Shown here piece by piece: positions 1 to 9,966 of a stretch of DNA of 64,000 nt. Source of the stretch: Caecitellus pseudoparvulus. Lineage: Eukaryota; Protista; Bigyra: Bicosoecida. Made by a program: the position numbers and the translations under genes. Each line of letters opens with the position of its first letter. The stretch's first letter is position 1. Location of the stretch: positions 1 to 64,000 of the forward strand of contig CBFFRQ010000093.1 in the NCBI GenBank assembly GCA_965644315.1, given 5' to 3'. The notes under the pieces are model-generated. The model was not told the DNA's origin and did not search any database. It saw nothing but the letters and a program-made list of their open reading frames with translations.

Positions 1-386
1 TACCAGAGTGCACCCAGTCACACGCACACTCTGGAAAGCCCCGACCTCGCGTCATGCGGGCTGCACCAAGACTTCCTCCCGGCTCGCCAAGTCACTGGCG
101 TTGCTGCACGCGTCAAACTGCGCCAGCATGCAGTCTCGCAAAATGCCCAATTCCAACGTGACGCACACTTCGTACGTTGCAGCTTGACGTTGTGTAGGTG
201 TGCAGCAGGCGGTGTCCCAGCTGCAGGCCTGCCATGCTCTCCACAGCAGCCGGCACAAGCCGGCAGAAGGCAAGTTGCGCGCTTGCGGAATTAGCCAGCG
301 CCGTGTGCAGCCCGGTGCTGGAGTGGCTGCGGCAGCCTGAGAAACAGCAGTGGGCTGGTCGACCACGCACATCTGGGAAGGCTGTC

Positions 387-3089
387 ATGGCTGCGCAAGG
401 TGGCAGCACTGTCGGTGTGCCGGCGCCGCCCCCTGCGCCGAAGAAGGTTGCGGAGCTCGAGAGCTGCCGTTGGTGGCCAAGATTGACTCCTGACGAGCAG
501 GGGCAGCTGAAGCAGCTGCTGGCCAAGCCAAAGGCAGCAGATGTCGATGGCAGGCTGTATGATGTGGCCAGTGTGGCCGTGCGCAGCAACATGGTAGGTG
601 GCGCCGTGCTGGAGCGTTGTGCATGCGCAGCATTCGAGCACTTGCTAGGTGTGCAGGCTGGCCCGCACCTGGACACCATGGCCATCATGCTGAAGCCAGG
701 CATGTTGCGGGATGCGTATGCACTCTTGTGTAAGGCGACTGGTGGTTCTGATCCCCTCACGAGGCTGGGCACGTTCCTGGGAGTGTGCTTCCGGTTTCCT
801 GTGGAAGGCTTGATCCAGTGGTTGGAGAGTGATGCAGCGCTCAAGGTCATTGGGCTGACTGACTCGTCCGGGGACGCCTTCCCGGCCAACCTGTGCGCTG
901 TGTTGAAGGACAAGGTGAGGCGTCACGCCCTGCAAGCTCAGCTGGCGTCGTACAGAGAAATTGTCGAGGCGAAGTACGACGGATGCCTGGCAGCGATGGC
1001 GGCAGACACCAGGCAGCAGGTGACGGAGGCCATGGAGGCTGTGGCGGAGGCGGGGTACAGCGACGAGGCAGTGCTGGTGGCGAAGCGTGCAGTTGTGGGA
1101 GCCTCGGTAGGTGGCGGCTAGCGTGGTCGCGGGTGTCAGGCGCACGCACCTGTGAATGTGCTTCCTTCGCAGCCATACGTGAAAGGTGAGGGAATGGCGG
1201 TGTTGTTCAGTGCAAAGCTGCTGGTGAAGACGCGGGAGGTGCTGGGGGCGCCTGACCATGATGTGGCTGGCGTCAAGCGGTACTTTGGCTTCTGGCGCTC
1301 GTGCACATTAATGACCCTGCGCGATGTGGCTTGTGCATTGGATGGGCCCAGACCGCGCAGGCCAGTAGGGGTGGAGACTGAGATGTGGGTCAGCTTCGTG
1401 ACCGAGCACCTGCAGCCGACAGCACGAGATGTGGAGTTGGAGGCCATGCTGGGCAGCATGCGAGAGTTTGCTGAGAGGTTTGATGAAGTGGTGGCAAACA
1501 AGCGAGGGACAGCCAGGGCTGAGAGAGCTGTGCAGGAGTTCAAGGACGCAGGGGGGGATGATATGTACCTGTTCATCATCAAGTATGCATTCGTCGTCCA
1601 GTATGTAAGTGCTGTGCGAGCGTTCACGCCTGTACTGCGAGCCGCTAGGCAAGCACGTGAAGCCGCTCCAAGCACAGGCATGCGACCGTATAGACGCTCT
1701 GGAGGTGTGGCTGCGCCCGGATCTGGCAGGGCAGGTCTGCCAACTGCTGGGTGCGCCTGTTTGGGATGCTCCAGCAGTCGAGCGCGTCAGAGGCTTTTTG
1801 GCCATCTGCATCAGCTACAGCCCTGAACAGCTGCTCCCGGGGGTGAAGAGTGGCCAGTTTGGACGATCCTTTGGTGCTGACGAGGCGGCATGGGCCACGT
1901 TTCTCGCTGAGCACCTGGGACCAGTATTGCACGAAGCTGCGCTGAAAGCCAAGCTGGACACGATGCAGCCTTACATTGACAGGTTCGACGAACTGCTGGA
2001 GACGTTGGGAGCCTCCTCCAAGACTGCCAAGGCCTTGCAGAAGCTGAAGGATGCAGGTGGCCATGATGTCTATGTGTGCATCGCCAAGTACGCCTATATG
2101 CGTTCCATGGTGAGTGCTGCGCAAGCGCGTCGTCTGTGCAGTGCGGTGTGGAGACCCATCGCTTGTGCCCGCTCCGACCACAGTGCAGCAGGCTGGACGC
2201 GTTTGGGGTGTTGCTGCGTCCTGAGCTGGTGAAGCGGTCGTACGAGGTGTTTGGATGTCCTGAACATGACACATCAGTGATTGAGGACCACCGCATGCAC
2301 TTGCTGTGTTGCATGGACCAGCCTCCTCACACCATGAGGGAGACGGTGTACGGCGGATCTCTGCTGCACTTCACCAGTGTTGACAGGGACAAGTGGCGCC
2401 GGCTGCTTTTCCGGTGTCTGACAGCCATGTGCCAGGAGGTAGATGTGAGCTGCAAGGTGGCCAGCATGCAGCGCTCGGTGGAGCAGGACTTTGGTCCGGC
2501 CCTTGCCTGTGTCACGGCGGAGAATCGAGGGAGGATCGAAGACGCGCTGGAAGCTGCGTCCGAGCCAGGTGTCGACCAAGGTGCAGTGACCATGGTGCAG
2601 TTCGCGTTCATGACGATCGAGGTGCGTGCTTGTGCAGTGTCTGCTCGCTTGTCTGGTCGACTGTGTGTGTGCTGTGCAGCCGTCCACAGCCCCCACCCGC
2701 CACCTTCACAGGGCGACATGAAGAACACAGACATGCTTGTGGCGCTGCTGCATCCTGACATGCTGGAACGCACTCACAGCGTGCTGGCTGCAGGTGTGCA
2801 GAGCGAAGCCAGCGTGGAGCGCCACGTGGCCTTCCTGAGACAGTGCATGACAGGGCGGCAGCGCCCCATGATGGACGGGGAGCGCTGCCGCCGCTTCCCG
2901 CTGCCCGATGGTGTGTGTGCCGAGGAGCTCGATGCGCTGTTGGCGGATCTTGGCTTCGGGGAGCAGCGGTCGGAGGCTCCTGCCGAGCCTGCTGAGCTGT
3001 GTGACGTGCAGTGGGGGCAGGCAGAGTGTGGCGCCTTGCCGCGGCCAGGCGAGCATGTGCCTGCCATGGTCAGTGTGCGTGCAGGGTAG
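387..3089 (+). CDS. Helical-repeat family protein A1, ~778 aa; predicted join(387..593,657..1106,1173..1604,1678..2109,2184..2621,2712..3089)
   Basis: Five GT-AG introns (63, 66, 73, 74, 90 nt), all phase 0, join several track ORFs into one frame. The internal exons are 150/144/144/146 codons and mutually similar (LDTMAIMLKPGML / EGMAVLFSAKLL / IDALEVWLRPDLA / LDAFGVLLRPELV / TDMLVALLHPDML). Splice sites are conserved in copy A2. Confidence 0.75.
841..1187 (+). repeat. Inverted repeat arm shared with 7139-7485 (~95% identity); also present at 17626-17972
   Basis: Manual alignment gives about 17 mismatches in ~345 nt. The arm covers the 3' half of exon 2, intron 2 and the start of exon 3. Confidence 0.9.
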
Positions 3090-4024
3090 GGCCGGTGTGT
3101 GGTGAGGTGCCACGCGCATCGCGGCCAGCCCTGGTGTCGAGTGTGGCGCAGGGCCGCTGCCGTTCCATGTGCCGTGTCCAGTGCCTGGTACGCTGCGATG
3201 CGCCATGAGTGACAGTGAGGCCAGGCGACTTGTGGAGACCGTGTGCTGCGGGGGCAGCCTTGGTTGTGCTGGCGTAGCTGTGTTGCGGGTCTGCGGCCGA
3301 GGGTGCGGTGTGTCAAAGCACGAGCACGTGCCGATGTGCAGGAGCGTATCGGCCGGTGGCCTGGCCATGTGGGCCGCGCATACCAAGCCACAAGCGGTGC
3401 GCGTGCAGTGCGGTGTTGACGCAAGGCGTGTGATGGTGGAGGGATCGCTGGATTCCTTTCGCCTGAAGTTGTGCTGCGTGTGTGTGGCGTGCAGATGAGG
3501 TAGAACCGTTGCTACTCTCTTCTGAGCCACCCAAGCGCCCGGCGGCACCAGTGCGAGTCTATGCGAGAGGATATGACGACAAGAGTTCAGAGCCGCCATT
3601 CGATGCTTGATGTAGCGAAGGCAGACTGAACCCCGTTGGCCGAGTGTGTGTCGACGCGCCCAGGCACGCATCACTTTCACACTTGGGGCACATCCACGCG
3701 GCTTGCGCTTGGGTCGCGACACACGAAGGCACACAACTTTGACAGATTTGGCTTGGTTCCTCAGAAAGTAGGGCAGCACACGAACCATGATTCCCGTTTG
3801 TGGCTGCACTGGAAAGCACCAGCCAACTCACGTGCCCGGCGCCTTGCGGCGGAGCTGCCACGCAGCTCGCCAACCCTGAACCATGCACACCGCGCCTGCA
3901 AGCTGAGCAGTGCGACTTGCTGGTGCACGACACGCAAGATGATAACTGTGTCGCTTGCCCCTTGGGCTGCCACATGCACTACTTCAGTACATTTCTGTGA
4001 CCGATCACACATGAGAGACTCAGG

Positions 4025-7000
4025 TCACTGAGCAGCCTCTCCTGCGTTGGACGCTGTAGCCTCAGATGGTGCTGCATGGCTGCGCCACCCATGATAGCAG
4101 CTCCTTCCTGAAGTCACCTCTACTCCTGGAATATCAACATGCACGTTGCTGTCAAGCTGCTGTGACGGACCTTCCTCCGTGAATGTCCTGTAGTTGAAAC
4201 GCAGGTGCACTTGTCCTGGCTCGAGCCTTGTTATGACGTTCTGTGGAACAGGATCTCCTTCTTCCCCCCGAGGATAGCATGCCAGTGCACGCTTCACCCG
4301 CTCGTCGATCAGCTTGAGCTGGCTTGGGCTCGCTGCAGCCTTGTGCAGTTTCAGCACTTGCTTCCGGGTCGAACCAGCTCCCTCCCAGCGCATTTCACCC
4401 TCTGCGAGGATGGGAATGCCGATACCTTGCAGGATGGCGCTCAGCAAGCCCATCACACTCGCATCTTGCACGATGTCTCTCTTTCTGACAATCTTCACTC
4501 GCGGTTGTTTGCCGTCTGCAACGTCGTGGACCATCCACCTTGGAACCGCGGTCAGCCATGTCAGCTCCCGCGCTACTCCACGGGGAACTTGGAATTCATT
4601 GCCATCAGCCCTCCACTTGCTCAAGATGGCTTGGATGGCTTTCTTCTTGGCGTGGACATGGAAGGGTGACATAGTTGACTCCTGGAAGGTCACAGTCACC
4701 ACGGTGGCTGTACCGAGCTCCTTCAGCCCAACCGTGACATGGTCGATGCCTGGGAAAACATGGGACGTGTGTATCGTGTGATGCTCGCCAATGCCAAGCT
4801 GATGAATCGCGGCAACATCAGCAAGGCTGATGCAGTTGCCCACTGCTGCGTTGCGGCAGATCGGAGGCAGTTGCCCCTCTTCAAATGCAGCCCTCCACGC
4901 GACCGATGGCCGACTGTCTGTGAGCAGCTTGGGCAGGTGCTGCTCCTGGTCGCTTGGGTGCATCGCAACACCTCCGCCCGCCAAGCCCATGTCCAGCAAC
5001 ACTGCTTCCGCCCGCTCAAACACTTTGCCATCAATCATTGCCTTGTGGCTTCCAAGCTTCCCAGAGAGCACCTTGTCGAAGCTGTCCACCCCCTCCTCAT
5101 TGACGGCTTCTACAGTCAGCACTTGAACCGCGTGTTGGACAACAAGCTGTGAGAAGGAAGACCTGATGAGGAAGCTCTTGGCCTTTCCTCCCATGTACTT
5201 GGCCGCCCCCTTGCCGGAAGCTGGCGCGGCGATGCAGCTGCCCAGCAGGCCCAAGCAATGGTGTGCGGGGGCCTCCTTGGTGTCACCCACCATCTGCCGC
5301 AGATGCTCTCGCAGCCAGCGACATTGCTCCTGCCCCACGCTGCCCAGTGCCGTCGTGAATGAGTCAACCAGGCCCTGGTGCGCATAATCCGGACTGCTGA
5401 GGGTCCGCGTCAGAGCAAAAATCACACCCAGATCACATCCAACATGACATACAAGGTTTGTCACCTCTCTGTGCGTTGGGTCGCTGTCACGCATCTGCAG
5501 GCGCAGTTCCTTCAGGGGCTGGGGAAAATCATGTAGTGACTCGTCCTCCTGCGCACCCGCACTGCCGCTCCCTGTCGCGCACCCACTGCCTGCATCATGT
5601 TGTTGAGTTAGGCTTCCACTCAGTACTTTCATGGCCAGGGCCGGTGTGGTGATGCCCAGCTCGTGCGCCGGACGAGCACCACCCACCACCGCGTCGCAGG
5701 CCGCCATGGTGCCACGGCACCCTTCAGCGGGCTCAAGCGCCCGCAGGTCATCTGAGAAGAACAGCACCGTGTGTGGCAGTCCCTCCAGGGTCAACAGTCG
5801 CCGCAGGTGTGCCCCCCATTCCTTATGGGGCGCTGTGCTGCACTTCAGCAGCTCCGCATGGACGAAATTCCCGTCCTCCACCAGCAGAATGCGTGGGGTC
5901 GCCGAAGCCCCCCCTCTGACTGACCCACATAACCCATTGACCAAGTCAGTGAGTTGCTGAAGGTGCTGAACCCCACTATCGTGCTCAGAAACCTTCGAGA
6001 GCAGGGCCCGGAGCCCTTCGTGGGTCAGAGCTCCTCCGCAACAAAGGCTCAAGAACCCGTGCAGCAGTTTGCCCAGCCACCCCCGCGCTCCAGACCTGAC
6101 CGCGCGCAAAATCTCGCTTGACAGGATAAACGCATCCCCCCCAGCTCCCACAGTCATCATCAAGGCCAAAGCTTGCACGCACCGCGCCTTGCCTGATCCG
6201 CGGGAACTAGCTGCCAGCACGCCGTCCTTGCCCTGGCCCGCGGCCGCAGCAAACGCCTCCACCATAAATGACGCTCGGCTGGGCGTCAGCAGGAAATCTG
6301 TGAACCACAGATCCTGGTTCCTTGGCTGCTCTACAGCTGCCGCCTGTCGATCGCTCCCAGCAAGGAGGCATGCTGGGATGGACCAATTACCGCCTGGTTG
6401 GCCAGCCGGAGCGTCGCCTCCTCGCGCCACAGCACCTGGCATGGTGCTCAGGACGGGAAGGCGCAGGACCACTGCTTCCAGGGCTGGGCCGTTCCATACT
6501 GGGCGGCAGCCGTTGCCCCAGAAGCGCTCCAAGTCGCCCCTTGCTGGGGTCCCTGCCGACCCGCAGGATCCAGTCTCAGCAAAACGTGCGTGTACCATGG
6601 AGAGGTGGTGGAAGACGGGCCAGATCGCCGCATCCTCCAGCCGCCTTGCACCGAACAAGTGCCGCATCCACCCGCAATTCCTGCGTATGCTTGCCAGCAT
6701 TACAGGACTCATGCCTCGCCAAAGCCCCTCCCAATGCTCCAGCGGCGTGCACTTGGGCCGGAAGCCAAGAAACACTTCGCGTGCATCCTCCAGGTGCTCG
6801 TGCTGACTGGCATGTACAACAGCATGCAACAAGACTCCTACACTCTGAACAGAGTGCTTGCGGAGTAGCTGCTGCCAGCTCGATACAGCCTCAGCGTCCT
6901 CCAGAGCGGGGATGATGAAATCCGACACATAATCTCCCCACGCCTCCTCACAGATGCCATCGGGTCGCCAAGCAGCGTCGCTCTGCAAGCGGTCTACCAA

Positions 7001-7958
7001 GTCGCCGGGCTGGTAGCCAATGTGCCACCACAAGTACTCCGTGTTTCGATGCAGAGAACCAACGTCACGCTCAGGCGCGCCCAGCACATTCAACATCTGC
7101 TCCAACAAACCAGGACTTAGCAACACAGCCACCGTTTTACCTTGCACATACGGCTGCGAAGGAAGCACAATCACAGGTGCGTGCGCCTGCCACCCGCGAC
7201 CACGCTAGCCGCCACCTACTGAGGCTCCCACAACTGCATGCTTCGCCACCAGCACTGCCTCGTCGCTGTACCCCGCCTCCGCCACAGCCTCCATGGCCTC
7301 CGTCACCTGCTGCCTGGTGTGTGCCGCCATCGCTGCCAGGCATCCGTCGTACTTCGCCTCGACAACTTCTCTGTACGACGCCAGCTCAGCTTGCAAGGCG
7401 TCACGCCTCACCTTGTCCTTCAACACAGCGCACAGGTTGGTCGGAAAGGCGTCCCCAGACGAGCTAGTCAGCCCAATGACCTTGAATGCTAGACCACTCT
7501 CCACAGCATTCACCAAGTCTGGTGCAGGGCATGCGAGACACCGTTTGAGGAAGTCAACCGTAGCTCCCCGTGCCTGGTGGTGGGAGGTCGCTTTCAGGAA
7601 GAAGTCACGCGCCTCGGCCAGCATTCCCGGCTCCATGAGCACTGCAGCGGAGTCAAGGAAGTACACCTGTACAAGGCAGAATGGCGTAGGGGGTGCGGCA
7701 AGGTCTTTCACTCTCTCAGCTCCAAGGAGCTCCGTAGCAAACATCGCCCCTCAAGCCCCGACAGGCCAAACTCACCGTAGACCCTTCGAAAGCGCTCCTT
7801 GCTACCTGCGCAAGGTCTTGGTCGATCCCCTCGGCTGCAAGGCTTGGAAACTCGACGTCAAAGCTGCTGGCTGGCTCTGCTGGCCTTCCGTGGGCAGTGA
7901 AACGCAAGCGCGTGACGGATGGTAGCATATCTCCACTGTCCTGGCTTGCAGCAGCCAT
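4025..7958 (-). CDS. Protein B, ~1252 aa: helical repeats + degenerate P-loop NTPase + PD-(D/E)xK-like nuclease region (Crinkler/RHS-type CR-like); predicted complement(join(4025..7153,7220..7666,7776..7958))
   Basis: A 1042-codon last exon and two phase-0 GT-AG introns at the same repeat positions as in A1. Motifs: SSRGSGKA (Walker A-like, ~6185-6210), RILLVEDG (Walker B-like, ~5870-5893), DGKVFE (~5015-5032), FPGIDHV (~4736-4757), VTFQESTMSPFHVH (~4650-4695). Confidence 0.7.
7139..7485 (-). repeat. Inverted repeat arm matching 841-1187
   Basis: The reverse complement encodes KVIGLTSSSGDAFPTNLCAVLKDKVRR...AVVGAS and the same intron as A1. Confidence 0.9.
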
Positions 7959-9095
7959 GGTGGAAGCAAAAGGCAAGGTGGTGTGTATTCTACGTTGTTT
8001 CCCGGTGTCTCTCGCCCGCCTGGCCTCTCCCCCGCTTGACCTCGCCTGCCTTCCACGCGACGCAGTTTGAGGATCGGTCTGCTGCGCAGGCAAGACAAGA
8101 CCTCGCACAGCGATCGCGCGGGCAGGAGAGGAAGGTGGTTCAAGTCAAAACCCACTGTAAGGCAACTTTCACCTTGATTGGCTACGGAGGCGTCGTTTTG
8201 AGAGACCTCATGTGTTTCGCCAAGAGGTTACTGCCGTGCTCGTGAGAAGGCTGCTGCCACGCGGAAATTGTTACAACGTTGGTCACCAGGCTGGACGGTG
8301 CCCCACTCAAGCTGCCAAACCCCTGGAAGCGACTGTTGTTTGTGTCTTCATGCTGTGCCAGATGCCCAATCCTGCTTCTCTAGTCATAGTGCAAGAGCAG
8401 GCCAGGAGGTGGCGTGGACTGCACATTCAGTCAAGATCGCCCAGCGACCAGCAGCACCCTGGAAGGACGGAAAGTCATGGATAGCAAGATGTGAGCGAGC
8501 GATGGACAGCAGTGGGAATCAGGTCAGGGGCATAGAGACGCAGCTGAGGCGTGGGCTGCAACTTGCGAGCCGCAACGGGCCAGGGTTTCACTCATGCGGA
8601 AATCGTCAAGTGCAGAAGCAACTTTTGAATGGCCGTATGGAGACAGCTCGGGGGCTTTAGCGTCACGGGCAGGAAGGTATCATACTTCTGGGTGTTCAGA
8701 TCTATCTGACGTGCTGCACGGTGTTGGGCCTTCCCCTGATGCGCGTGCTGCCGTTCAGCAGCAGGTTGGTCGGCTAAGGCACTCGGGTATTGTGCTGCCA
8801 GCAAGCACCCAGGCCAGCAGCTGGGCCACAGTGCTCTGCAGTGTGAAGAAGTAGGTGTGCATTCGGCTGGTTCAGGTCATGGGGTGCAACTTTTAACTGT
8901 CGTCCATGGCCATGGCAGTGAGTGCTCCGCCGGGATGCTGGCCCAAACAAGCTGCCACCACGCGCTGCCCGCCACAGAGCGCGGGGGAAGCCCTCATGTA
9001 CCCCAGCGAGCACAACATCTAACAGTGGCACACTGAGCAGCGCCTGGTGCAAGCTGCTGTGGGCCACCGCACATGGACGTGCGTGCCGCCCTGCA

Positions 9096-9500
9096 CCCGT
9101 CCTGTGCTGCGTGTCATCGAAGTCAAATGGCTCTGGCAGGGATGTCTTGACTGCGTGCTTGCCCAGGCGGGCCGACACCTCCTCCCGGAACACCACGAGC
9201 TCCTGGGTATGGAAGCGCAGGCGGCAGGGGTTGGAGGCCAGCACTACCTGGGGCGTGCGCGCCTTGAGGCGCTCGCAGAAGGAGGCCGGGAGGCCGGGGC
9301 GAGGCAGGACCCGCCCCGCGCCAGGGTCAGCTGGCCCCGGCACCAGGACACAGGGCGTGCTGGACAGAGCGGGGAAGTCAGCGAGGAGAGCAGCCAGGTC
9401 GTCCAGGCCCCTGCACAGGTCGTCCTTGTCCGACGCCCCCGCTCCGAAGGGGTGTGATAGGAAGTTGCCTTGCAGGATGAGAGCTGTGGGGAGTGCGCCG
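9096..9500 (-). pseudogene. POLE2: 405-bp internal fragment of POLE2 (copy of 21370-21774)
   Basis: Encodes a peptide identical to the intact gene (ALPTALILQGNF...FDDTQHRTG) with 8 nucleotide differences. It has no start and no 3' end. Confidence 0.9.
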
Positions 9501-9830
9501 CCATTCCCCTCCCCGTCGTGCGCAGCCTCATGGGCCCGTACCTGGTCTTCCTCGCCTCCACCGTGAACGGGTACGAAGGCACTGGGCGCTCCCTCACCCT
9601 GAACTTCATCCAGCAGCTGCGCCAAGCAACGCTGCGTCCCACGAGCACAGGTGGCGGCGGCAGCAGGGGGCGCTGCGGCGGCTGGCACTGGTGCCAAGAT
9701 CCTCGCCGCGGCCCAGGCGGCGGAGGAGGGCGAGGCCATGGGGGGGCGCAAGCGGGCTCGGGAGGAGGCCCGCCCCAAGAAAGCCAAGAAGGACAAGAAG
9801 GCCTCCAAGAAGAAGGCCAAGAAGGCCTGA
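9497..9830 (+). pseudogene. NAT10: NAT10/Kre33 RNA cytidine acetyltransferase relic: helicase-domain fragment followed out of frame by a Lys-rich C-terminus
   Basis: AAIPLPVVRSLMGPYLVFLASTVNGYEGTGRSLTLNFIQQLRQ is the conserved NAT10/Kre33 motif. A different frame gives ...RKRAREEARPKKAKKDKKASKKKAKKA-stop (9828-9830). Confidence 0.8.
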
Positions 9831-9966
9831 GCTGCCTGGACCGCCAATGCAGCACGCCAACCTCACAGCACCCGGCGCAGCACGGCATCTGCTCTCACCA
9901 CGCCCTCTGCAGCCTGCACCAGGCACGCCCCCGCCTCGTCGAAGGCCTGCACCATGGCATGGTCGC

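Larger units (their letters stand above)
1..3373 (+). repeat. Segmental duplication copy 1 (direct repeat of 16786-20158; left end runs off the window)
   Basis: Colinear with copy 2 at a constant offset of +16785 (ORFs 198/16983, 1609/18394, 2076/18861, stops 3089/19874). Similarity breaks down after CTGGCCATGTGGG at ~3373. Confidence 0.95.

Noticed and set aside
2706-4031. ORFs between A1 and B (e.g. 367 aa on the minus strand)
   Set aside because: They overlap A1 antisense, are not preserved in the second copy and lack motifs.
8996-9035. MYPSEHNI*QWH, reminiscent of a ubiquitin-conjugating enzyme fragment
   Set aside because: It is too short and interrupted to support without a search. 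The 8.0-9.1 kb interval remains unexplained.
8774-9847. 357-aa chimeric ORF as a new fusion gene
   Set aside because: It starts at TTG, its first third is antisense NAT10 relic sequence, and only the POLE2 part is protein-like. It is more likely an accidental open frame.
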